From Atractiella rhizophila (Eukaryota), in the NCBI GenBank assembly GCA_021432655.1, contig MU271182.1, positions 244,954 to 264,953 on the forward strand: a stretch of 20,000 bases of DNA, given 5' to 3'. The translations under genes and the position numbers were made by a program. The notes under the pieces were generated by a model, which saw nothing but the letters and a program-made list of their open reading frames with translations, had not been told where the DNA came from and made no database searches. Below are positions 1 through 9,994 of the stretch, in pieces. Positions within the stretch are counted from its first letter, which is position 1, and each line of letters opens with the position of its first letter.

Positions 1-2827
1 GAGATACCAACCCAGATGCTCCATGCATGATAGATGATCCTAAGAACCCTGGGAGAAAAATCTGTGGCAAAGGGTTTCCAAAGCCCTTTGCAGAAGAAAC
101 AGGCATCAACGAAGATGGTTATCCCACCTACCGGCGACGTAACAATGGACGCACATTTCAGAAGACACCGAACGGATTTATTTACGACAATCGCTGGGTC
201 GTACCATTCAGCGCTTATGTCCTTCTGAGGTTTGTAGCTCACATCAATGTGGAGCTTTGCATCTCCATTAAATCAGTCAAATACCTCTTCAAATATGTCT
301 ACAAAGGAAATGATCGGGCACAAGCTGTACTTCATCATGCAAGAGGTGAAGGTGTGAGGGTTCTGGATGAGATTCAAGAGTACTTGGATGCCAGATTTAT
401 CGGATCTTCTGAAGGTAATGCTTAACATGATATTATGGGTAATCTGATATATCTTTCTAGCCTGTTACCGGATCTTCCACTTCCACTACACCAGCACTTC
501 CCTGTGGTTATCCGCCTGGCAATACACCTTCCTGATAGGCATTTTGTGACCTTTAATCCCCAGGATGAGTCACTGGGAGACATTCTCAACAGGAATAATG
601 TCACCAAAACGACGTTGACTGAGTTCTTCACCTACTGTAGGGAAAACCCCAACATTACTGAAGACCTTACCTATCCAAGAGCGCCCCAATTCCTTACTTG
701 GAAGTCAGCCACACGCTCTTGGAAAATTCGGGAGCGCCAAGAAGCCATTGGACGCATATATCACGTTGCACCTTCACAAGGGGAACTATTCTATCTCCAA
801 ATGCTCCTCCATAAAGTTGTCAGCCCAAAATCTTTTGAAGATATCCAGACAGTAGATGGAACCATCCACGAGACTTTTAAGGCTGCATGTATGGCTCTTG
901 GGTTGTTAGAAAGTGATCAAGAATGGGATTTCTGCCTTGATGAAGCCAGTGCAGTTAAGAATGGCTTTGCGATGCGGTCTCTCTTCGTCTATATTCTATT
1001 ATTTGGTGTTGCCAGTGAACCTAGAAGACTATGGGATGGCCATAATGGGCAGCTCAGCGATGATTGTAAACACCTTCTACAAACAAAGTATGGCACAGCC
1101 GATCCGACACAGGAGCAGATTATCAGTCTTTGTCTCCTTAATTGAAGATCTTCTCCAGGCGTACGGTAAAACTCTAACGGATTTTGGACTACCACAACCG
1201 GCAGAGCGGTTTGAGAGATGGGGAGGGGAGACAAGGATTATTGGTGAAGAGCTTGCATATGTTCGATCATTACTTCAGACACGCCTTGAGACAGAGTTGC
1301 CATTGTTAAACGAAGATCAACGTCATGCTTATGACACGATTGTAGCAGCATGGCAAGGTGGAAATGGTGGATTGTTCTTTATCGATGGACCAGGAGGGAC
1401 TGGAAAGACATTTGTGGAAAATTTACTCCTTGCCAAGGTTCGGTCATCTAGGAAGATTGCGCTAGCAGTGGCCTCTTCAGGTATTGCCGCTATCCTGCTG
1501 GAAGGAGGACGAACGGCCCATACACGCTTCCGGATCCCACTGGACATTGATGCCGACTCAGTCTGTAGTATTACTGCTCAGAGTGATCATGGACGACTTT
1601 GCCGTGAGGCAGAATTGATAATTTGGGATGAAGTAGGAATGAGCCATCGATGGTGCTTTGAAGCAGTTGACCGGATGCTTAGAGACATGTGCAAAATAGA
1701 TGCACCTTTTGGTGGAGTTATTTTGGTCCTAGGTGGTGAGTGAATCAAGTTAAAGAGTTCAGCTCTAATAATTTTCAGGTGATATGCGACAATGTTTATC
1801 AGTGATTCCCAAAGCTTCACGGGCACAGATTGTCAGTGCATGCGTTATCAACAGTCCTTTCTGGCCAGCAGTTCAAGTCCTCCCTCTGACCGTGAATATG
1901 CGCCTTCTTCGTCATCAAGCTGAAATGACACGGCGGGACTTTACGACTGCCTCTCGCTTTGCTGAATGGTTGCTGTCAGTTGGGAATGGTGCAACCGACA
2001 ACCCAGAAGACTGTGGCCATGGTCCATTGACTATGAAAGATCAAACAATAGTCCCACGATCCCGTGGCCTGGAGGGTCTTTTAAATGATATCTATCCTGG
2101 ACTCAGCACTATGACACAAGAAGTGAACTCAGTTGAGCTCAGGCAATACTTTCAGGAGCACATGGTCCTTACAGCCAGAAATATTGATGTTGACCTGATA
2201 AATGATCAGCTTATTCAGGACTTTGTCTCCCGGCAGGAGCGAGTCTATCTCAGTGCCGATCGATTGATGGACGACAGTGAGAATATTCAACAAGGATTTA
2301 CGGTTGAGTACCTCAACACTCTCAACATGACGGGACTTCCTCTCCATCGGCTTCATCTCAAAGTTGGAGCCCCTGTCATCCTGTTATGAAACCTCAATCC
2401 TTCAGCTGGGCTCTGTAACGGTACACGGTTGATGGTCACCCAGCTGCTTTCTCGCGTTATTGAGGCTACAATCATCACAGGAGCATTTCCCGGTACCTCA
2501 GTCCTCATCCCACGTATTGCTTTGGATAGCAAGGTCTCCAATTCATTTCCTTTCACCTTACGCCGGTTTCAATTCCCCATCAAGTTGGCTTTCTGCCTCA
2601 CCATCAACACGTCACAGGGACAGTCGGTGGGAACTGTTGGATTGTATTTGGACACACCAGTTTTTACACATGGACAACTTTATGTAGGACTTTCTAGGGT
2701 TTCAAACGCAAAGAATCTTCGAGTTTATTTACACCAAGTGCAAGGGATAGAGAATAAGAGGACAGAAAATATAGTGTACAGAGAAGTTTTGAATTTTCAC
2801 AATCAGATGCATGTAGACCTACAATGA
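1..2827 (+). pseudogene. Helitron RepHel protein (Rep C-terminal region + PIF1-family SF1B helicase), 5'-partial, disrupted as assembled
   Basis: Rep-region motifs: CGKGFPKPF, GYPTYRRR, DNRWVVP, HINVELC, KYLFKYVYKG, DEIQEYLDARF. Helicase motifs: FFIDGPGGTGKT (Walker A), GGRTAHTRF, LIIWDE (Walker B), GGDMRQ (joined across intron 1736-1778), GLCNGTRL, RFQFPIKLAFCLTINTSQGQS, FTHGQLYVGLSRV. Introns at 415-460 and 1736-1778. Lesions: frameshift near 483 (IFHF/PLHQHFP), frameshift near 1140, and TGA at 2387-2389 where LLRNL is expected. Confidence 0.93.
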
Positions 2828-2875
2828 AATCATATAGATTCGTACCAAAACCCATGTGCATATGGTGAGTCAGTG

Positions 2876-3000
2876 CTCGCCGAAGGCGAGGCCCCACGCA
2901 GTGGCTGCCAGAGGCAAGAGCTCCACGCAGTGGCTGCCGGAGGCTGGGGTCCAAGGGGCGAAGCCCCTGGCGGGGGGGGATGCCCGAGGGACGAGGGCAT
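2876..3000 (+). other. Cluster of seven short stem-loops downstream of RepHel, including a 22-bp direct repeat
   Basis: CTCGCC-GAA-GGCGAG 2876-2890; CCAC-GCA-GTGG 2894-2904 and 2923-2933; TGCC-AGA-GGCA 2906-2916; GCC-GGA-GGC 2936-2944; AGGGGC-GAA-GCCCCT 2954-2968; ATGCCC-N9-GGGCAT 2980-3000. CCACGCAGTGGCTGCCRGAGGC occurs at 2894-2915 and 2923-2944. Confidence 0.85.
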
Positions 3001-3045
3001 TGTTTTCTCAAAATATAAGCGCAAAACCATTATTCTACTTGAGCC

Positions 3046-3106
3046 TGGGCGACCAGTTTGCCAACCCTTGGGCACCGTTTGCCAACCCTTGGGGGACCAG
3101 TTTGCC
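3046..3106. repeat. Imperfect tandem repeat, about 2.7 copies of a 21-23 bp unit
   Basis: TGGGCGACCAGTTTGCCAACCCT (3046-3068), TGGGCACCGTTTGCCAACCCT (3069-3089), TGGGGGACCAGTTTGCC (3090-3106). Confidence 0.9.
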
Positions 3107-3132
3107 TTCTTTGTTCTTTAAGAGCAAGCACA

Positions 3133-5563
3133 ATGTCGACTCACGTCTACGAGTTACTTTTTCAAATAGTGCAGCTTGGTGATGAAAATCACATTATCAG
3201 CAAACGTCTGTTATCGAATATCCTGCCAATAAAACAGTGGCAGCGTTAAAGAAGGCGATTCGTCAGGAGTTTCCGGAATATCTCAGCGGCCACGAATTTG
3301 ACTTATGGATGCTGGTCCCAATGCTTCGCAGTGTGGAGCAAGACTCTCTGAAGACGATCAAGTTCCCCTGCGACAGATTGAAACAACTCGACCCTACCTT
3401 CCCGCTATCGGATTATTGGCCACAAGTCCCTGCAAATAGGCACCTACATTTCGTGGTACAGTTAGGTCTGCCTTCTCAAGAACGTCCACCTTCTCGTAAG
3501 GATTCCTTGGCGATCCGTCTTCCATCTGACCTGTTGGCTAGCTTGGCATCATCATGGTAGCCTGGATGAGTATCAATCCCGCGCACGTATCAAGACATCG
3601 ACAAGAGGATCATTCTTGCCTCACTCTCTTCTTGCAGAAAACCGAATCTTCCCGGTCGACGTCCCTCGTACTAGACCTGACAACTCGCGTGAAGATAGCA
3701 ACATTGCAGCGCTCCGCCAAGCGAAAGCTACGTTAGGGCAACCGTTCCAGCTCCCCGCTGATCCTGACCCCGCTACGCTCGCAATCGGAACATCGCTTCA
3801 AAATGAGTTTTGCGTAGGTGCTGGGACCATTGGCCGAATAGCAACGAAGGCAGAGCTTAGCCATTATCATCATGTTGCCGTGGTCGAGGTACCTATGGAG
3901 AGATTTTTAGACGGCAAACAGGCGTATATCAACTGGACCTACATGATGCCTGTCGCGAGCGAGCTTTCCCGCCAGAGATATGGATCAATCAAAGTGTCCG
4001 AATTTGTCGCGTAAGCTCTCGCTCCTTATCGTTGACCGCCGCCAATGTAACCTATTGTTCAGGGATAAGTCATGGCCAATTTGTCTCTATCCTTGCACTC
4101 CTGAATCGTCAAACAACCCTGCAACGCAGTACAAATATCAGCCTCGCAGCGACTTTCAGATTCGACAGCACGGGATTCCCCAGGTTCTAGTCGAAATACA
4201 ATCAAAAAAGACAGGAGAAGATCGAATTCGAATGTTACTGCAAGGTGCAGCCGTTGCCAGAGTGGTGCATCATGCGATCAAAAGGGACGCCGAGAAACCA
4301 CACATGGTTATGGCTTACTATATCACCAACGAATTGGTCGCCCAGCAGTATATATTGTGTGTTGACCCAAATACAGTGTGTCATTTTCGCAGCTCATCCG
4401 CCGTCGATTCTGATTTGTCACAGGAAGAAGTACTTTACTCGGAATACTCCTTTGATCTCAGCCATCGTGAGGAGGCATTCAAGTTTCTGCTTGAGTTATA
4501 CAACTGCCGATTGGTGATCGACTCGGATGAAAGCGCAATAAAAGCCACGTCGAAGCGCATCGAAGAGAGCTTGAACTCTTTGGAGCAGCTTCCGTCATTC
4601 ACGGGCGGTGATACTTCGAATAAGAAACGCAAAACTAGTCATGGAAACGAGGGAACCGAAACACACGAAGGAAACAAAGGCGGTCTTCTTGCGGTCCCAC
4701 AACTGCAATCTTACCTCAGTAAGTTGGGATATCTACTAGAGTTGCCTAGAGTTGAAGGTTCCTGGAGTCCGTTGGAAAATGTGCGCATTTCAAGTTATCG
4801 AATTCGTCATCCTGAATTATGACAATAGCTTTCACATCCGTCAGTCGTGGCGGCCTACGCGCGCGACGGAGCCCGCGTGATGATCAAGCGTGCATGTAGC
4901 CCCAGGGAAGCGCAAGTTCAACAACGCCTGGCGAGTACCTCCGATGTTAGAAACCACACGATGAACACTCGCGAAATTTTAGAATTCCAGCAAGACACGC
5001 TACTTGTTCTTCCCCGTGGGATTCCTTTACCGTCCTTACGTCTGGATACACCTCTCGCAATATTCTTGGCAGAACAACTGATCGAGGGCGTGGGTTTCAT
5101 GCACAGTCATGGATTTGTACATCTGGACTTGAAACCAAACAATCTCGTCGCCATATCCAACTTTCTTAAAATTATTGATTTTGGATTGTCTCGCAAAGTT
5201 GACCCTGATACCGTCTTGAAAGGATATCGCGGAACACGACCGTGGGTAGCCCCTGAACTTGGAACTGAAGACGGACCAGAGTCGGCATTTTATCCAATCC
5301 CCGCTGATCTATGGGCTGTCGGTCGGATTATTTCTCGTTTCTTCGGTCCATTCCTTCCGTCCGGTCACTATCTTTTTCACCTTGCAACTCAGTTGATGTC
5401 AAAGGAACCTCAATCACGCCCTCGGCTGGACAATTTTAACTGGAGACCAAAGAAAAGATCGTTGGAATTAGTCGGTCCTGAAGTCGAACAGAGAATTTTG
5501 GGAAATGAAAAAGAAGGATGTGTCAATGGCAAACGGAGACATCTCATTAACATTACTTGTTAA
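3133..5563 (+). CDS. Crinkler (CRN)-type protein: CRN ubiquitin-like N-terminal domain + putative PD-(D/E)xK restriction-endonuclease-fold domain + Ser/Thr protein kinase; one 1-nt frameshift near 3185-3190 as assembled
   Basis: N-terminus SVIEYPANKTVAALKKAIRQE..FDLWML..LDPTFPLSDYWPQVPANRHLHFVVQL follows the CRN-N pattern. Central PRSDF..PQVLVEIQS..DRIRMLLQ resembles a REase active-site motif. Kinase motifs: VMIKR, HLDLKPNN, IIDFG, GTRPWVAPE, DLWAVG. Introns 3496-3541, 4011-4062, 4376-4423 and 4781-4828 join ORFs 3237, 3616, 3980 and 4847 in frame. Kinase call is strong, CRN-N good, REase moderate. Confidence 0.8.
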
Positions 5564-5639
5564 CTTGACTGTTCTAAATGCAAGGGACTATTTGAAAATA
5601 ATTCCATTCAGGTGAATACTCTCTTCTAGACGGGGGCCA

Positions 5640-5668
5640 AAACCACTGTAAGAACGGTTGGTTTCTAG
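5640..5668 (+). terminator. Candidate Helitron 3' terminus (imperfect hairpin followed by CTAG, then T)
   Basis: AAACCACTGT-AAGA-ACGGTTGGTTT (5640-5664), CTAG at 5665-5668, T at 5669, about 100 nt after the CRN stop. The hairpin is weak and its spacing is not fully canonical. Confidence 0.3.
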
Positions 5669-6026
5669 TCGTATTACTTATTGCTTGAAGTAGATTCGTG
5701 AAGCATTTGTGTCAACCTGTTGCGATTCTAACAAAGGGAACGCACCTCCATCATCGTCCCTCGTTGCACCATTGGAGAGGTAGTGGTGTCATACAGTATC
5801 ATACCACCTGCAGCAGACACAAGAGTGAGGCGCTCCACTTTACAGGCATGTTCGCCTTTCGGCGGTAGTATTTTGGACCAAAGCAGCGTCTTGTTCTTCG
5901 AGCTTGCATCTGACGGCTCGTTGGCGCCGTCATACCAGGCATTAACCCCTGGAACCTTGCAGGGCTGGTCCAGTGCAGGCCTAGTCACTCAAGGCACTAG
6001 CCCCTGTCAAGTTCGGTTTGGGGACT

Positions 6027-6071
6027 TGGGACAGTTTGGGACGGTTTTGGGAACCTTCCCAAATTGTCCCA
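6027..6071. repeat. Inverted repeat (20-bp arms, 2 mismatches, 5-nt loop) in a TTTGGGA-rich tract
   Basis: TGGGACAGTTTGGGACGGTT-TTGGG-AACCTTCCCAAATTGTCCCA. TTTGGGA occurs at 6035, 6046, 6104, 6160 and 6171. Confidence 0.8.
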
Positions 6072-6286
6072 TCACGTAGACTTTTTGGACCTGTCCTGGA
6101 GGTTTTGGGATTTCTGGTGTGATGAGTCTACTCAGTTGCAATGCGCAGCTAAAGGCGCTTTTGGGACTCTTTTGGGATCCGTGGATGAAAGTGGGAGTAA
6201 TGTATACATTTCAGGTAGAGCTCATTCTCTGCAATCAAATATATCATTGCCCAATACTCCCATGCCATAGTAATCTCTCTCCTAAA

Positions 6287-8771
6287 TCACAGCGGGATCC
6301 ATAGTGCCAACAGTAACATCACTTGGCAGGATGAGGAAACGATTGATGATGCAACGTGGGTCTTGGGGAAGAGGGATTCGGTCCGGAAGATTGCGTTGCG
6401 AGAACAGAGGTCGTTGGGGCCGTTGAGCTCGTTGAGGCCGTTGAGGGAGCCTGTTGTTGACTGGCCAGTTTGTTCCAGCTCTAAAGGTAGCTCAAACATC
6501 ACAACGGGCTCTATGGTGTGCGAAGGCATACATTTTTCTCCTTTGAACTGAGCTGTTTGTACTCGGCTTTGAACATCGCTGGGAGAGGGAGCGGGGCACC
6601 CGGATTTTCTACTCGCCATTCGTTCTGTCGATAACGAAGAAATGCAGCCCTGCCACAGACTAGCATCAGTCTTGTGTCCTTGACATGATATAGAAACAGA
6701 CGTACTGCACTTTATTGCGATTATGATCCTGAGACGCTGTCAGCACCATCGGATGCTAACATTGATTGCCCGCTGTCAGAATGGTAAGAGTAAGCAGTTA
6801 GTAAAAACTTACTGGGGAGATGCCGGGTGGCTTCACATTGATTCTGTCCCTGTTGGTATGTTCAGAATTGTTCTGATGGGCTCCAACGTGGAGGGGGATG
6901 ATTGGGAGTGGAGGTGCGAGTGGGAATCTAGTTGTCGATGTTCCGCTAAGCGGGTTTAGGTCGATTCCGTTCCCAATTGTGGTTTCTGAGTTGTTCCTGC
7001 AGGCCGTAATGTGGATAGGAATGGCTCCAGGTGTGAGTGGAATTCTGCTTGTGGAGGCTACGACTTGACAGGAACAGTGATGCGAAGTCTTTTGTCAGTC
7101 ATGGAACCGCGCAGAAGATGGAGACAAGGTGCTTACCAAAATCACCAGGGTCCTTTCCTAACTTATTATGACTGACTGAGACTCCTGGTGGCGTCGTAGC
7201 TCGTGCTGGTGGAGTAAGACCCTTTAGGATAATGAGAAAGAGAAGTAAAGCACGGTCAATGGAACAAAAAGAACACACTGTGTAAGGGTCATCCCGGATT
7301 TCATCAACAAAACCAAGAAGAGGACGTTGGTTAGTCGCCTGTGAGGATAAGGGACGTGGAGGTGTGGCGAGAGATGGGGCATCTGGAGGCGCCGGTGGTA
7401 CAGGCAAGGGAGTTGCAGGAATTAGAAGTGCCTGTGATAAGGAGGGTGTGTGCTCGCAAAAGGACGGACGGCAAACACCTGGAGTTCTTGTTAAGCCATC
7501 TCCATTTGTGTCTGGGTTCGAGGAATTCCCACTATTTTGAGATGGTAGCATGACCTGGCGATGATTAGAAAGGCATTGCGGAGCAGTGCAGAGCCTACTG
7601 TAGTAAAGTGACCAACGTAACCAGGTTGGGCTACACACACTGAATCAACCGAATTCATGAACACATTGAACCAAGCATACCACTCCCAATATCCACTTCC
7701 ATGGTATCGGGTTCACCGGGCTCGCTATTCAGATTCTCATCTCTCAAGGCAATCGTCTCCGCGGTTTGCAATGATGCATGAAAGCTGTTCCCCTGTTTAG
7801 TGTCACGCTAGATGTGGATGCCTAGAAGATGGCATACCTTGTTCGCGCTCGCTTATTAGGCTTCCGCCTGTCCAAACAGGTGTGCAGGAGACTAAGATAA
7901 GCTCAATCTCCATTGTGAATAGAGAGAAATACGACTTTAGTGTGACACCAGCACAAGAAGCTGGCAAAGGAGTCGACGGTCGAGACCCTAATAAGGATTC
8001 TAATCTGTCAGGTGCCTCCCCTTTCAGCCTCGTAAATTTGGGCTCCAATCCATCCTCCTGTCTTCATAACTTATGGACCTCGTTCAACTGTTCCTGCAGG
8101 AAGAATTGGGCTTTGAAATGATCACCACACAGTGTGAGCTCAGGGTGAAGGGATTCCATAACACCAATCATTCCTTCCTGACCCGTTCGATGGACATTTC
8201 TCCACACCGTAACCCTAACCCTAACCCTAAATGGTGCCAAACTCTGACAGTAGGTACTACCGTGAAACACTTCCTCCTCATTCGAGTAGAATACCTTTCC
8301 GCACAGTGCAAACTGACTCCAAAGAGAACATAATGAGCGACGTACAGTTTCCACCTTCATCCTTTTAGTCGCTAGTCCATCTCCATTCCTTAAACTAGCC
8401 CCCATTTCTGTCGCTCTGCTTCTTTGTTTCCGACCTACATCTTCAGCAGTTGGAGGAGATTTCTCGCGATGTTTCCTTTTAAGTCCATGCGGCTGCCTCT
8501 GCAACCTCTCCAGCACTAGCTCGTCTTCGTCAAGATCAATCACTTCAGCTGGCGGCGTATCTGGGAGAATGTGGACTCGGGAGGTGGTCATACTGAGCAT
8601 ACTGCTGCGAATAGTCTTGTTGTCGTTCGGGATGGTGGGTGTGCTTGATTGTTTCCTGACGAAGATAACCACGTGATGCATATGGATACACACAGGAATT
8701 GAAAGTGAAAGAAAGGTTGTTGTCGAAAATGTTTCAATATTCGTTGCAGAAAGTAATAAGAAAGTTACCAA
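6287..8771 (-). pseudogene. Degenerate multi-exon gene for a low-complexity (Pro/Ser/Arg-rich) hypothetical protein; ends uncertain, may extend to about 9320
   Basis: Minus-strand GT..AG segments of typical intron size at 8345-8295, 7837-7793, 7680-7631, 7136-7089, 6812-6773 and 6531-6481, several with CTAAC/CTGAC branch sites. In-frame TGA at 8066-8064 separates same-frame ORFs 8771 and 8048. No recognisable domain; a single continuous frame could not be built. Confidence 0.5.
8210..8230. repeat. Interstitial telomere-like repeat (TAACCC)x3.5
   Basis: TAACCCTAACCCTAACCCTAA, a perfect 21-bp tract. Confidence 0.85.
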
Positions 8772-9495
8772 GAAAGTGGTGTGTGTCCCTACTATGACGT
8801 TTCAGCTTTACTCTTCGAAGTTCACGCTGTCGATCTCTTATTTGCTCGTCATGATAGACCAGCCTTTCAAGGTTCCAATTACTTCTGGTGGAGGAATCTT
8901 ACGATTGATTGCACTTCCGGGCTTGAAGGTTTCAGCACGGCATTGCATTTCAAGGCTTCATTGGAGCTTAGGCTGCGTTTAGGCCACTTTAGAAAGTCAA
9001 AGCACTCCCCCAAGTCCAGTGATCCTGCTATCATGAACGTGCAAAAGCTGACTCTGTTTAACCGACATTTACATTCGTCAGAGAATTTCTTCGTTGTTCC
9101 AGCAACGGCCAGTATTCAAGCCAGCAATTTGATTTTGCCACTTGTTTAGCCAATTGTTGTTTGCATCTCCAAATCCGATAGCTTAACGGAGCTTCGCTCA
9201 CTGAGACATCCGGCCCACATACCCTCCTTCCTTTTTATTCCGGAAGTCCTTGTTTCGTCCGCCTTGTCAATCATCTGCGTCGAGGTTTGCTGCATTCTGT
9301 GCGATGAATGAACGACGCCATCTGTGACCTTTGTCAGGCGGAGGCAGTTGTAGCGAAGGGTTTGTTTGAGCGATGCGTGTAACTCACGCCTTCCGTGCGC
9401 TGGAGATGGAGAACTCGAATGTGTTGACCCACAAAACAAGAAAGCAGAATGGAAAATGGAAGGCTCGATTTTGCAAAAGAATTAACGGCTGGCTC

Positions 9496-9579
9496 CACTT
9501 TCTACTCTCCACTCTCCAATTAAGCATTACCAGCTAAGTTCACTTCCTACTCTCCACCCACTCTCCTATTTTGCCAGCT
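9496..9579. repeat. Degenerate two-copy repeat, period about 45 bp
   Basis: CACTTTCTACTCTCCACTCTCC..CCAGCT (9496-9535) versus CACTTCCTACTCTCCACCCACTCTCC..CCAGCT (9541-9579). Confidence 0.55.
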
Positions 9580-9994
9580 TGGCTCGGGCTCCGACGGCAT
9601 GTCCTTCTACGGCCCCTTTACCATGTAATCTGACCTAGATCTCCGATTAATCCTCAGCAGGATTGCTACGTGCTTCATATTTCAATCTACTGTCGATTGA
9701 CCGTTGTCGTGCGACTGTCAGCCGCCGGCGCTGATTCGGTGATGTGTCAACGGGAAGAATACCGGGAATGTTCCTGACGAGAGGTGGATCATTGCGAAGT
9801 GCCTGGCCGTGTCTTCACCCTCGCTCGGGACGGACAGTATAGCGTAAGCGACGTTCGGAGGAGGGAGGAAGGCCGAAAGCTGATGGGAGAAGTGGGTATC
9901 GTATAAAATCGACATGTTTCGTCCTCAATGTCAGTCTCCCAAGACAGTCTTCCTATCAACAAAACAACGACTCTTCATATAACTTTAAAACGCC

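Larger units (their letters stand above)
1..3000 (+). mobile_element. Helitron (rolling-circle transposon), 5' part outside the window; true 3' end uncertain (about 3000, or 5668 if the CRN gene is cargo)
   Basis: Encodes a RepHel with canonical Helitron motifs, followed by a GC-rich hairpin cluster at 2876-3000. Confidence 0.9.

Noticed and set aside
3046..3106. CRISPR-like appearance of short repeats
   Set aside because: No unique spacers, no cas genes, eukaryotic context.
2830..3182. ORFs overlapping the hairpin cluster (2856+, 2873+, 3075-, 3011-)
   Set aside because: Explained by GC-rich repeats lacking stops; no protein-like motifs.
5955..5985. Second CTAG-T (5981-5985) after a loose hairpin as an alternative Helitron end
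   Set aside because: Stem needs several bulges; cannot be preferred without copy alignments.
5728..5988. 86-aa minus-strand ORF that might be a fragment of a fungal beta-sandwich protein
   Set aside because: Resemblance too vague, with no supportable start or splice structure.
6410..6445. 9-bp period repeat (CGTTGRG core)
   Set aside because: Short coding-type repeat (LNGLNELNGPND) with no further significance.
7061..7079. CGACTTGACAGGAACAGTG as inverted partner of the CACTAGCCCCTGTCAAGTTCG end at 5995
   Set aside because: Only 10 contiguous matches, lies in a probable exon, and no target-site duplication seen.
9718..9915. 65-aa ORF divergent from NmrA
   Set aside because: No recognisable motif, and extension through a candidate intron meets stops.
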